Below, in pieces: positions 28,524 to 38,086 of a stretch of DNA of 64,000 nt. Each line of letters opens with the position of its first letter. The first letter of the stretch is position 1. A program made the position numbers and the translations under genes. The notes below the pieces were generated by a model. The model was given only the letters and a program-made list of their open reading frames with translations, was not told the DNA's origin and did not search any database. The DNA is from an uncultured delta proteobacterium. GTDB lineage: Bacteria; Desulfobacterota; Desulfobacteria; Desulfobacterales; JAFDCJ01. The DNA is taken from positions 64,232 through 128,231 of the forward strand of contig CAVQBT010000067.1 of NCBI GenBank assembly GCA_963710795.1. The letters are read 5' to 3'.

Positions 28524-29028
28524 TCCTTAGGGGGGCGTTTTTTGAGCCACAGCCGGTATCATAAAACACTTTGCCGCCAATTTCGATGCTGAGTTGTCTC
28601 AAAATCTCAGTGACCAGCTCATGAATCTGTTGCCAAGCCACACGGCAGGCTTCAATGAAGCTGATGACCATCTGCAAATGTCGCACAATCTCGGCTGGCT
28701 CATGATCTTCTGGGGCACCAAAGCGGTTTTCTGCGGATGCTGATTCAGCCAAATGATGGCGTTGGCTGCGGCGTGCATTCAAATTTTTCTTCTTTATTTT
28801 GCCCGCATCACTGCGGTAAAATTCAAGGCTTCTTTGCTTGGCGCTTTGTTTGCGGTGGGCTTGCCGGCAACCAAAGGGACAACCCAGGTCACGGCGACCG
28901 GCATTACGCGGGTGGGTAAAAAATAAAATCTGGCAGTGCCTGCAGCGAGTCAGACACTTTCGCAGCTGCGGTTTGTCTCTTAGAACCGAACGCACGGCCC
29001 AATAATACTGCGCAACATATCCGCGCAC
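28495..29028 (-). CDS. Basic Cys-rich hypothetical protein (putative zinc-binding), cotranscribed with the ParB-like gene
   Basis: 177 aa, rich in Arg/Lys, with a Cys cluster CLTRCRHCQ...GCPFGC. Its 3' end overlaps the ParB-like gene start by 29 nt. No recognisable family. Confidence 0.4.
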   Translation of the reverse strand: MRGYVAQYYWAVRSVLRDKPQLRKCLTRCRHCQILFFTHPRNAGRRDLGCPFGCRQAHRKQSAKQRSLEFYRSDAGKIKKKNLNARRSQRHHLAESASAENRFGAPEDHEPAEIVRHLQMVISFIEACRVAWQQIHELVTEILRQLSIEIGGKVFYDTGCGSKNAPLRSDNGRSSGD

Positions 29029-29481
29029 CGGTCCGCTTCGATACCATTGCGGTTGGAATTGAAAAAAAGATTGAATCTGAATTATAAAAAAGCTAAATGC
29101 TTGCTGATGTCACTGATGTACTGTGGCATGCCCTCGTTATTCCTTTCTAAGATTGTGGTGATCTTTTGGATATAACGAGGGCTCTTATTTTGTAAAGCCT
29201 GAAATTTGTCTATTGGGGGTGGGATTCTCTGGTAAGGTACTGTATCAATTAAGCTGAGCAACAGTGTATCAATTTATCTGAGCGCTATAGATCTTATAGG
29301 GTATGGTAGTGCTTAAATCTGCTGGATCAATCATTTTCGGTTGCCTATTTGTTGTTTATGACATTAATATTAGCGATTCTGTGAATACCAAGGCCGCCGA
29401 ATTTCGCTAACAACCGATTATCAGGCTATTTTTCCTCCTATGCACCGTTCACCGAGAATCGCTGGATCATTTTCCAGCCGC

Positions 29482-29510
29482 TTGACAAATGGGGTCACTT
29501 TGATTAATAT
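29482..29510 (+). promoter_or_regulatory. Sigma70-type promoter for the phd-vapC operon, overlapped by GGTCAC direct repeats (candidate antitoxin operator)
   Basis: TTGACA (29482-29487), 17-bp spacer, TAATAT (29505-29510), 35 nt upstream of the ATG at 29546. GGTCAC occurs at 29493 and 29513. Confidence 0.5.
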
Positions 29511-29545
29511 GAGGTCACATACAAGAAAAATGAAAGGCTGCCATC

Positions 29546-29815
29546 ATGAAAACCGTCGGTATCCGGGAACTCAAAAGAAATCTTAGTCAATATTTAAGAA
29601 GTGTTAAGGCGGGAAAAAAAGTCGTCATTACGGACAGAAAAAAGGAGATCGCTGTTATCGTGCCTTTCACAAAGGTTGACGACCAGGGTAAAATCCTCCA
29701 TCTGGTTAGGGAAGGCGTTGCCGATTGGTCCGGGGAAAAGCCCCGCGGAATGTCTGCCAGAATCAGATCGAAAGGGAACAATGTCTCCGAAGCAGTTGTT
29801 GAAGACAGAAGATAA
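29546..29815 (+). CDS. Phd/YefM-family antitoxin
   Basis: MKTVGIRELKRNLSQYLRSVKAGKKVVITDRKKEIAVIVPF is the canonical Phd/prevent-host-death N-terminus. The stop lies 2 nt before the toxin start. Confidence 0.75.
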   Translation: MKTVGIRELKRNLSQYLRSVKAGKKVVITDRKKEIAVIVPFTKVDDQGKILHLVREGVADWSGEKPRGMSARIRSKGNNVSEAVVEDRR

Positions 29816-29817
29816 CC

Positions 29818-30243
29818 GTGATTCTTTACCTGGATACCAGCTCTCTGGTTAAACTTTATGTTGAAGAGGAAGCATCTGCCGTTGTGGAAGGTTTGGTTGG
29901 GTCGGCAGAGGCAACCGGAACATCTGTGATTGCCTATGCCGAAGCAAGAGCGGCATTTGCCCGTAGATTCAGGGAAAATGCTTTTTCTTCTAAAGACTAC
30001 AAATGGTTGCGTTCGCGATTCGAATCAGATTGGAAAAACTTCCTATCCATTCATGTTACCCGTGAAATTGTTCGAATGGCCGGAGATTTGGCCGAAAAAC
30101 ACGGTTTGCGCGGATTTGACGCTGTCCATCTGGCCTCGGCGCTGACGTTACGAGAAAAACTTGACTCACCTGTCACCTTTTCATGCTATGATAGGCGGCT
30201 TCAAAATGCATCACAGAGCGAAAAATTTGTTCAACCACTGTAA
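29818..30243 (+). CDS. vapC: PIN-domain toxin (VapC family)
   Basis: MILYLDTSSLVKLYVEEE... with a conserved acidic PIN residue pattern. 141 aa, immediately downstream of the antitoxin. Confidence 0.7.
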   Translation: MILYLDTSSLVKLYVEEEASAVVEGLVGSAEATGTSVIAYAEARAAFARRFRENAFSSKDYKWLRSRFESDWKNFLSIHVTREIVRMAGDLAEKHGLRGFDAVHLASALTLREKLDSPVTFSCYDRRLQNASQSEKFVQPL

Positions 30244-30562
30244 AGTTCAAATTATTTCATTATTTCCACCGAATCGGAAAAACACCCCAATACTAAACAG
30301 TTGCGCATACCGCTCTCGACTCCCAAAGCATTGGTAAATTACTTTGAGTATCTTCTTATTATAAAGCACGATATATCGCCGGAGGACCAGGTTCAATGCG
30401 CTCAGCTTTGTTCTCATTGATAAATATTTCTATATGGGCCATAGATCGGATGCCGCCAAAAACAGTTCTTTATCAGGCAAATCGGGGAATATCTCATCGG
30501 TTAAGTCAGAAATAGCGCGCGGCTTTACCTGCAACTCTTCGAAGAGAGAATATGGTGTTACA

Positions 30563-30610
30563 TCTTGAATAGTGAATAGCAATTCACAATTTAAAACGTG
30601 ATCCCTCCTT
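30563..30610. repeat. Third direct copy of the 40-bp island end-repeat, with a degenerate hairpin partner
   Basis: gtgttacatcttgaatagtgaatagcaattcacaatttaaaacgtgatcc. Confidence 0.5.
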
Positions 30611-30751
30611 GCGGACCCTTAATGTGCAGGCCAGAGATACTCGCTGCTAGTAGGAGATGCCGTATTTGCCCTGGAGCGTTTCAAACTTAAATTTCTCCAT
30701 ATTATTAACCGGCCGGGCTGGGCAGAGGATCATGCGAGTTTCTGAGGAAAA

Positions 30752-30795
30752 ATAAAGTGTTACGTCTTGAATAGTGGATAACAATTCACTTGCCA
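30752..30795. repeat. Fourth copy of the 40-bp end-repeat, abutting copy 2 of the 440-bp duplication
   Basis: gaaaaataaagtgttacgtcttgaatagtggataacaattcac, followed directly by ttgccaatgttcgacc (start of duplicated segment). Confidence 0.6.
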
Positions 30796-31215
30796 ATGTT
30801 CGACCTTGGTCCGACACCAGCCCTAACTAAAATGATAGCGCCAAGCTTTAAAATCGACATCTTTTTCAACGCTTCTCCTAAATTAGCAGATATTTACCGC
30901 GACCGCCTTGGCAAAGTTGCCGGATCCAGCAATCCGTTCGACAATGAAAAAGCGGCCGCCGAATCATATCCGAATCCGAGTTTTTCATTTCAGCCGGCTG
31001 TTTTTTTGGTGCTGTGCTTGTCCGCGGCGGCCTTCATTTTATCAAGAGCGGCCGGATCTTTCTTGAGCGTATCGATTAATGCGGCGGCGGCCTTGAGATC
31101 AAAATCGTCCCCAAACAGCTTGCTCAGGAAAGCCGCCAATTTGACATCACCGATGCCCTGGGCCAGCTTGTCCTTCACCTTGTCGATGATGGATGGATCC
31201 TGGGCCACCCTTTCG
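30795..31215. repeat. Copy 2 of the about 440-bp direct duplication (this copy is contiguous with the intact flotillin gene)
   Basis: See 26835-27277. Confidence 0.85.
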
Positions 31216-33011
31216 GCAAAGGCATCGACGGTGTCCGGCGTAAGGCGCTTGCCGAATATACGCCGGGATGTATCCACTAGCGTATCCGTGAAGCCGGACA
31301 CCACATCGCCTGCCATTTTGAGTGCCTGGGGATCAACGCTTTCGGTAAAGCCTTCGATCAGGCTGGAAACCCCTTGCCCTTTGGTGAACATGCTCATCAT
31401 TTTGCCCATGGTCGTGGGGTCGCCAAAGATATTCAGCTTGGCGCCCGCCATTGACTGACCCATGGCGGCGGCAAAGGCCCTCTGCACTTCGCCTCCGACT
31501 TCGATTTCCTTCAACTTGACCTCGAGCTGAACCGAAATTTCCTTGAACTCGGCTTTGGCCTTCAACTCAGGCTGCAGCACTTCGTTGACCCGCTTCTGTT
31601 CTACGGCAACCTTTTCTTTCTCCACGTTGACCGGCACCATCTGCTTGGCCTGCTCCCCTGCGGCTTCCGCCGTCAGCGCTTCCATCTCCGCTGAGGCTTT
31701 AAGCTTGCGCGCCTGGGCATCCATTTCAGCCGCTTTGCGGCTGGCTTCGGCTTGCCGTTCCGTCTGGTAGGCCTCCTGGTCGATCTGGCGGGCCTTGTCG
31801 ATATAGGCCTTTTCGGCCGTGCGTTTGGCTTCCTCGGTCACCGCCACGGTCTGAACCTTCTGGTTGGCGGCTTCGCGTTCAGCTTCGGCCAGCCTCTGGG
31901 CGAACTCGGCTTTGGCACGCTCTTCGGCGGAGTTGGCAATCGCTTTTTCACGCTCAATGTCGGCAACTTGTTTGGCCCGCTCACGTTCCACATTCGTTAC
32001 CTGGATTTGTTTTTCACGTTCCACGTTGGCGACGGCAACCGCCTCATCGCGTTTGACCTCCCGCACCCGGGCCAACTCATCTTGTTCGGCGGCAAATGTT
32101 GCCGCTCTTTGGCTGGCCTCGGCTTCGGCTTTTTCGATTTCACTATTCTGCCGGGCTTCGGCCGAGGCCCGGGCAATTTCCTGCTCGTAGACAAACTGGT
32201 CCTTCTCAACGTCCTGCTTCTTGATCGTCTTATCGGCTTCACGCTCCAGCGCGTTGGTTTCGGCGCGCATCTGCTGCGTAATTTCAGCAATCTGGCGTGT
32301 GCCTTGCGCGTCGAAGATGTTGGATTCCGCTTTCATCTTGTCCGGAGGCGTCTGGTCGAGCTGCGATACGGTAACGCTTTCCAACGTTAAGCCGTTGTGT
32401 TTGAGGTCGCTGGATACAATCTTTTGAACCGCTTCGGCAAATTCATCGCGTTTTGCATTCAGATCTTCCAGTGACTTGGTGGCCGCCACGGTGCGCAATG
32501 CGGAAATCAGCTTTTCGTTGACAAGCTCTTTGACGGTTGCGGCATTTACGGAGCGCTCACCGAGCGAAGTCGCGGCGTTTACCACCGCTTCCCTGTCTTT
32601 CTGAACCTTGATGTAAAACTCAGCCTTGATATCGGCGCGCAGCTTGTCGCCGGTGATCAAGGCATCCTGGTCTCTGCGCTCCACATCCAGACGCATGGTG
32701 GCCAGCGATACCGGTACCACCTTGTGCACGACGGGAATAACGATAGCGCCGCCGTCAATGATGACGCGCTGTCCGCCCATACCGGTACGGACGAAGGCCT
32801 CGTCCGCAGCAGTCTTCACATACAGCCGGGTGATGATGAGCACGATTGAACCGAACAAGAGCAACAGGACCCCGAAACCGACCAGGATCAACCGGCTCAG
32901 GCCGGCAACGGCGTCAAATAGAAACGGTACGACGACGAATGCCAGGGCAAACAGGATCATCATCGATCCAAAACCTGTGCCCGATCCGCTCCTTATTTTC
33001 AAATCTGACAT
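30990..33011 (-). CDS. Flotillin-like SPFH/Band-7 protein (YqiK/FloT-like), long Glu/Ala/Lys-rich coiled coil
   Basis: 673 aa with an N-terminal TM hairpin, an SPFH domain (...VIPVVHKVVPVSLATMRLDVE...) and an extended EA-repeat coiled coil. It sits immediately downstream of an NfeD-like gene, the yqiJK arrangement. Confidence 0.8.
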   Translation of the reverse strand: MSDLKIRSGSGTGFGSMMILFALAFVVVPFLFDAVAGLSRLILVGFGVLLLLFGSIVLIITRLYVKTAADEAFVRTGMGGQRVIIDGGAIVIPVVHKVVPVSLATMRLDVERRDQDALITGDKLRADIKAEFYIKVQKDREAVVNAATSLGERSVNAATVKELVNEKLISALRTVAATKSLEDLNAKRDEFAEAVQKIVSSDLKHNGLTLESVTVSQLDQTPPDKMKAESNIFDAQGTRQIAEITQQMRAETNALEREADKTIKKQDVEKDQFVYEQEIARASAEARQNSEIEKAEAEASQRAATFAAEQDELARVREVKRDEAVAVANVEREKQIQVTNVERERAKQVADIEREKAIANSAEERAKAEFAQRLAEAEREAANQKVQTVAVTEEAKRTAEKAYIDKARQIDQEAYQTERQAEASRKAAEMDAQARKLKASAEMEALTAEAAGEQAKQMVPVNVEKEKVAVEQKRVNEVLQPELKAKAEFKEISVQLEVKLKEIEVGGEVQRAFAAAMGQSMAGAKLNIFGDPTTMGKMMSMFTKGQGVSSLIEGFTESVDPQALKMAGDVVSGFTDTLVDTSRRIFGKRLTPDTVDAFAERVAQDPSIIDKVKDKLAQGIGDVKLAAFLSKLFGDDFDLKAAAALIDTLKKDPAALDKMKAAADKHSTKKTAG

Positions 33012-33061
33012 CAGCGATTCCTTTCATTGAGCTATTATTAAAAAAAGTGGATGTCCGAGAT

Positions 33062-33772
33062 TCAATCCGGTTCGATCGCAGGCAGTTCGGTGCCAACCGA
33101 GAAGACACTGCGGGTTTTGTCGAAGAATAACAGAATCACCTGGCTGCCGCGTGGTATCGTTGTTTCCCCGCTTCTGACCACGCACTGAACCGTGTGCAGC
33201 ACACCGGCATCATCATGAACATGCGCCTGGCCAAAGGTTTCATCGATGGTCGTTATCGACTCGCCCCATTTTCCGACCAACTGATCCAGGGAAACAGCAT
33301 ATGTTTCCGTTGCGGGCATAATCTTTGCTATTACATTGGCCAGGATGCGGGTAAGCGACAGTGAAACCACAAAGGCAATGGCTATCGAGGCCCACACGAA
33401 AATGAGTGACGGCAGGATCGGCGCCAGCAGCGTGTTGCCGGCGAAACCGAAAAAACCCCAGAGAAAGCAGAAAGAAATTATAATTATCGACAAGGGAACT
33501 CTGCCGATCCCAAGGAAGCTCAGGGCCCGGGTCAGCATGCCCGGCTCAAGGTCGTGGATATGTTCCAACCCGGCGTCGTGGTCGAGATCGACATCGTGCC
33601 CGAGATCGACATCCGACTCGACGCCCACATTGAGCTCCGCGTCATGGTCGGCAGAAACGGCGCCGCTAACGAGCATCAGAATATAGAAAAGGGCTCCGAT
33701 AAATGGCAGAATAAAGATAAGATTCCACCACTGCAATAACTCCGTCATACCCTGCTCCTTTCCGAAAAACAC
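33062..33772 (-). CDS. NfeD-family membrane protein (YqiJ-like), partner of the flotillin
   Basis: Multi-TM N-terminal region plus a C-terminal soluble beta-rich domain. An acidic His/Asp-rich loop. Position is upstream of the flotillin on the same strand. Confidence 0.6.
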   Translation of the reverse strand: MFFGKEQGMTELLQWWNLIFILPFIGALFYILMLVSGAVSADHDAELNVGVESDVDLGHDVDLDHDAGLEHIHDLEPGMLTRALSFLGIGRVPLSIIIISFCFLWGFFGFAGNTLLAPILPSLIFVWASIAIAFVVSLSLTRILANVIAKIMPATETYAVSLDQLVGKWGESITTIDETFGQAHVHDDAGVLHTVQCVVRSGETTIPRGSQVILLFFDKTRSVFSVGTELPAIEPD

Positions 33773-33816
33773 CAGTGCCTGGTTTCGGTCTGCTCCCGAT
33801 AAGGGGGTGCCCGAGG

Positions 33817-34608
33817 TTACTTGATTTTGCGGGTGCCGATATCGATCAGGCCGCCGAGCGGTGGTTTTTCAAGGAACTTGATGGCGCTTTCGGCCGGGTC
33901 GTCATTGAGCACAGTGAACTCGGCATCTTCAGCTTCTCCTTCACCGGCCTCGGACAGCTCTTTTTTCCAGCGCTCCCCGACGGCCAAAACCTCAGCGCTT
34001 TTCTGGGCAGCGGCAATTTCACCGCTGAGTTCATCCTGGCCGCTCTGAATACTCAGGGTTGCCGCCTGCACCGATGCGGAAAGAAGCAATTCTTCCCTGG
34101 CGGATTCGAACTCATCGGCAGCGGTGGATTGAGTGATGGCCAGTGCCTGATGTTTCTTTTGCAGCTCGATTACGTTTTCAAGCTGGGCCAATGCTTTTGC
34201 TTCGGATGCGGCGCGTTGGGCCGCCTGCGCTTCGGTCTTGAAGCTGTCCAGCGCCGCCTTGGCCTGGTCATCTGCCGTTTTGGCCTGTGACACCATTTGC
34301 TGAATGGTCTGCTGCATGATGGCGTAGCGGGCCATCGCGGCCTCGGCTTTTTGCATATTGCCTGCCAGCATCGCCTGCTTTCCGATCGCTTCGACCGCCT
34401 TGGCTTCAGCCACAAGTTTCTGCAAATCACGACGGCTCTGAGCGGCCAGCCTTACTTGGGCCTCGACCATTTCCCACCGGCCTTGCAGGGCCTGAAGTCT
34501 CTTGGCGGCAAGTTCCTCAATGCCGGTTTTGATTTTGGGCTCGCCGCTGCTTTCCGCATCCGAAAGAAAATTCGCCATTCTGCGTAAAACGTCACTGAAC
34601 ATCCCCAT
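33817..34608 (-). CDS. pspA: PspA/IM30 (phage-shock protein A/Vipp1) family protein
   Basis: MGMFSDVLRRMANFLSDAE... followed by a long amphipathic coiled coil. AAGGAGA SD before this ATG. Confidence 0.7.
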   Translation of the reverse strand: MGMFSDVLRRMANFLSDAESSGEPKIKTGIEELAAKRLQALQGRWEMVEAQVRLAAQSRRDLQKLVAEAKAVEAIGKQAMLAGNMQKAEAAMARYAIMQQTIQQMVSQAKTADDQAKAALDSFKTEAQAAQRAASEAKALAQLENVIELQKKHQALAITQSTAADEFESAREELLLSASVQAATLSIQSGQDELSGEIAAAQKSAEVLAVGERWKKELSEAGEGEAEDAEFTVLNDDPAESAIKFLEKPPLGGLIDIGTRKIK

Positions 34609-35025
34609 GGTCGTCTCCTTCTTGGTCATGTTTCCCGCATTTATATTGTCCACCCCAATTGCCGATTGCAATTTAACGATCGAGAAATAGCGGGAAATGC
34701 TGGAAGTCTATCGCTACGAAATTTTAACAATACCCCTATCGATGGAACCTGTGGGAGAGAGTAAACGTAATACTAACATATCGAATAAACAACAAATTGT
34801 CAATCATAGATCATGGCAGACAGCTGGTAGCTCAAAACAAATAGACGTTTGACGCCGCTGCGGGTTCTCATGACGGCATCGATAGTTTCATCGCGGAATT
34901 TCTGGGAATAGCCGGGCAGCAGCGCCCCCTTCATCGACGGTTGGTCCGGTTCCATGAACTGTCCGGCGACCTAACCATTGAAGTCCTTGGGATAGAATCC
35001 CAGGGTCCGGCAGACAGGGCGGGAA

Positions 35026-35808
35026 TTAGATGATACCCAGCGGAATCTGCGTAACGGAAATTTTACCTTCGTCGAAGCAGACTGCGACATCCGTGCCCGG
35101 TCGGCGGGGGCGTTCATGGATGCTGCCCTGGTAGACATAGTCGCTGCCCTGAACGATGAATTGATATTTATGAGGATTGGTATCCAGACTGCAGAATGCA
35201 AAATCCAGGTCGGACCGATCGTCAAGGGGGTGCGGCAGGTTGATATTCCAGAAATGTGAAGTTTCAGGCTGTTGCGCCATGATCGTTGATAGAATCGCTT
35301 TGGCGTGGCGTCCGGTGATGCTCCAATCGATTTCATGATCTCTGGCAATGTACTGCGAAATTGCGATGGATGGACATCCCAGGATCGCCGCCTCACGCGC
35401 AGCGGCCACCGTGCCGGAGTTGTAGACATCAGAACCAAGATTGGCCCCCGGATTGATTCCTGCGATCAGCCAGTCGGCATCCGGCGCAATCTGCTTGAGT
35501 GCGATGCGGGTACAATCGGCCGGCGTGCCGTCGACGGCGTGCCGATTTTTGCCTGCTGTTGCGACTCTGATTGGGGTCCGGGTGGTAATCCGGTGGGCAA
35601 TTCCAGACTGCGGTTTTTGCGGCGCTACAATCACAACTTGACCCCTGTCCTTCAGGCAGTCATGCAGAGTCTGCAGTCCTGGCGCTTCAATTCCATCATC
35701 GTTGGTCAGAACGATCTTCAATCCGGCAGGCTTCCTTGTTAAATAGCAGTTTAATCTAACCGAGGACAATAACGTCTTCGTATTTGAGAATGATCGATGG
35801 GTCCGCAC
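35026..35808 (-). CDS. surE: 5'/3'-nucleotidase SurE
   Basis: ...KIVLTNDDGIEAPGLQ... and the G-x-N-x-G SurE blocks. The true start is probably the internal TTG/Leu at about 35718 (AAGGAAG SD), so the 5' end is uncertain. Confidence 0.75.
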   Translation of the reverse strand: MRTHRSFSNTKTLLSSVRLNCYLTRKPAGLKIVLTNDDGIEAPGLQTLHDCLKDRGQVVIVAPQKPQSGIAHRITTRTPIRVATAGKNRHAVDGTPADCTRIALKQIAPDADWLIAGINPGANLGSDVYNSGTVAAAREAAILGCPSIAISQYIARDHEIDWSITGRHAKAILSTIMAQQPETSHFWNINLPHPLDDRSDLDFAFCSLDTNPHKYQFIVQGSDYVYQGSIHERPRRPGTDVAVCFDEGKISVTQIPLGII

Positions 35809-35849
35809 TCACTCTATGCATTTAATGGCAATGGTGGATTAGCGATTGG

Positions 35850-36332
35850 CTATGTCTTTAAAACTATTGGTTCTACAAACTGGCTCTCCGTATCCCAGGG
35901 AAACAGGATCCAGGTGTCCTGGCTGACCTCGGTGATGAAGGTGTCGACCAGGGGGCGTCCGGCGGGTTTGGCATAAACGGTTGCAAAATGGGCCTCGGGC
36001 AGAAGATCTTTTACAATTCGGGCCGTTTGGCCGGTGTCCACCAGATCATCAACCAGCAATAATCCGCTGCTGTCAATTGCAGGAGATTTCAGAATACTGG
36101 ATTTCCCTTGCTGTTGAAAATCATAGCTTGAGATGCAGACCGTATCTATCAGACGAATCTCCAATTCCCGGGCAATAATGGACGCCGGGACCAATCCGCC
36201 CCTGGTAATTGCGACCATCCCTTTCCAGGGCTGCATTTCAACCAGTCTCCAGGCCAGCGCTTTGGAGTCCCGATGGAGCTGCTCCCAGGAAATAGGATAG
36301 GTTTTTTGATAGCGATGTTCATCAACGGTCAT
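35850..36332 (-). CDS. gpt: Xanthine-guanine phosphoribosyltransferase
   Basis: [30 protein letters not shown]... and the PRPP-binding [12 protein letters not shown] motif. 160 aa. Confidence 0.8.
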   Translation of the reverse strand: MTVDEHRYQKTYPISWEQLHRDSKALAWRLVEMQPWKGMVAITRGGLVPASIIARELEIRLIDTVCISSYDFQQQGKSSILKSPAIDSSGLLLVDDLVDTGQTARIVKDLLPEAHFATVYAKPAGRPLVDTFITEVSQDTWILFPWDTESQFVEPIVLKT

Positions 36333-36607
36333 TGGCAGATTTCCTCCTGCTGTAACAGATGATGGAAGACAGATGTCAGATATCGGAATGCGGAAGTCGG
36401 AATGGGGCCTTCGACGAGCTCAGGCGAGAAAGTCGGAAAATAAGCGTATGGTGCAAAGCACATTACACAAAGCGTAAAGACGGACTGCAGATTTTTTGAT
36501 TCGTTCGCCTTACATCGTGGGCCGAAAGCCGTGTGCCCGTTCGAAACACCCTGTATTTATCTCCACCTTCTGCCTTTTATACCTGGCACTCTTTTCCTTC
36601 TACCCTT

Positions 36608-37030
36608 GTATGAAACTTCATGAAATCTGATGTCATTTCCAAGAAGTATCTCACCGCAGAGCACGCGGAGATCGCAGAGATTATCTAAAATTTTCTTTCT
36701 CGGCGTTCTCTGCACTACTAATTTGTAAATTCTTTAAATTTTATTAAGCAAAATTTCTATTATTTTTTTGGGACACGGATTTAACGGATTTGCACGGATA
36801 AAAAAACGTTTTTTTTTTAGCGAAGCTAAATCATTTCATGAATCTGTGTTTATCCGTGTTCATCCGTGTCCTAATTTAAAATAAGCGATTAATGCGTAAG
36901 TGCTTATTTGGTTGCGGCTTTGCCGCGCTGTGAACTCTGCGGTGAGCTATTATGTTTCCTGTTCGATCAGACCGGCCGTTTTTTTGCCGGCGGTCCGCCT
37001 CCGGCGGAACACCTGACACCCGAAACCGAC
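36608..37030. repeat. About 200-bp structured intergenic repeat, copy 2, interrupted by an about 218-bp nested insertion (36712-36930)
   Basis: Left 105 bp and right 100 bp align to 2501-2712 and the middle is unrelated. The insert holds a palindromic element built on CACGGAT/ATCCGTG (ggacacggat...cacggataaa // tttatccgtg...atccgtgtcc at 36771-36873). Confidence 0.7.
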
Positions 37031-37039
37031 CACCTTGCT

Positions 37040-37666
37040 TTATTTCGTTCCGAAAATTTTATCTCCGGCGTCACCCAGGCCCGGCAATATATATCCGATG
37101 TCATTTAATTTTTCGTCAACGGCCGCGACATAGATATCCACATCCGGATGGGCAGCGGTCAATTTTTCGATGCCTTCCGGCGCGGCGACCATAAATATGC
37201 CCCTGATTTTTTTGCAGCCGGTTTCTTTGATCAAATCGATGGTTGCAATCAGCGAACCGCCGGTGGCCAGCATGGGATCGATGATCAGGGCAATCCGTTC
37301 TTCCATGGAACTTGTCATTTTGACATAATACCTGACCGGCTCCAGGGTTTCTTCATTGCGGTACAATCCCACCACGCTCACCCTGGCAGAGGGTATCAGA
37401 TTCAGCACGCCGGTCATCATGCCAAGACCCGCTCTTAAGATCGGCACCACGGTAATTTTCTTGCCTTTAATTTTTTCAACTTGAACCGAACCGGCCCATC
37501 CCTGAATGGTCTTGGTTTCAGTCTCCAGATCTTTGGTCGCCTCGTAGGTTAACAGCATGGCCAATTCGGCCGCAAGATCTCTGAAATCTTTGGTGGTTAT
37601 ATTATCTTCTCTCATTAAAGCCAGTTTGTGTTTGATCAGCGGATGATCCACAACATTTATTGACAC
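37040..37666 (-). CDS. upp: Uracil phosphoribosyltransferase
   Basis: 208 aa. [20 protein letters not shown]... and the PRPP motif [12 protein letters not shown] are classic Upp. Confidence 0.85.
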   Translation of the reverse strand: MSINVVDHPLIKHKLALMREDNITTKDFRDLAAELAMLLTYEATKDLETETKTIQGWAGSVQVEKIKGKKITVVPILRAGLGMMTGVLNLIPSARVSVVGLYRNEETLEPVRYYVKMTSSMEERIALIIDPMLATGGSLIATIDLIKETGCKKIRGIFMVAAPEGIEKLTAAHPDVDIYVAAVDEKLNDIGYILPGLGDAGDKIFGTK

Positions 37667-38086
37667 AGCGATCTCCTTATTTCATAATGGTTAGCGGTTG
37701 CGGGAAAGGTAACAGTGGGCTACAGTCACAGGATGCTTTTACCTCAACCTAGGTTCGAAAAACGCATCCGCTGCCAGTCATATGCAAATTAATTTTTTGT
37801 GTCAAGGATATAGAACACATCCCGAGTCCACTGCCTGAGAAGAAACCAATCAATTTGCCTGGTAATCGCCTGTGATAGTCTGGCTGGAGCATACTGGTAT
37901 GCCGGCTAAAATATGGTAATGGGATTTCACGGGGTAAAAATAAGGGGCCAAAAATCCGGAAAGAAGATTTAAGGGAGATACCTGGGAAGGCGTCTTTGGT
38001 GTTTAGTATTTAATAACGTTGGAATAACAAAAAATAATTGAATCCCAGCTAAAAAATACTAAACACCAGACACATGCTGATTCCGA

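Larger units (their letters stand above)
27278..30795. mobile_element. About 3.5-kb inserted island between the two copies of the flotillin-3' duplication. It carries a decayed IS200/RAYT-like transposase, a ParB-like/Cys-rich pair and a Phd-VapC TA module, punctuated by four copies of a 40-bp hairpin-forming repeat
   Basis: Direct repeats AAAAATAAAGTGT(C/T)ACGTCTTGAATAGTG(A/G)ATAACAATT occur at 27278 and 30752 (third direct copy 30563, inverted copy 27950-27992). The region is bracketed by the 440-bp duplication and has mobile-element-type gene content. Confidence 0.6.

Noticed and set aside
26835-31215. Interpreting the 440-bp repeats as a simple assembly artefact or collapsed tandem repeat
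   Set aside because: The two copies differ at multiple positions, about 10% in the non-coding part, and are separated by 3.5 kb of unique sequence. That is inconsistent with a mis-joined identical repeat. Read-level confirmation is still advisable.
34830-34967. 51-codon minus-strand ORF (MEPDQPSMKGALLPGYSQKFRDETIDAVMRTRSGVKRLFVLSYQLSAMIYD) that could be a transposase fragment
   Set aside because: It is too short and has no diagnostic motif, so I cannot assign a family. It is left unannotated and is not strong enough to call a mobile-element remnant.
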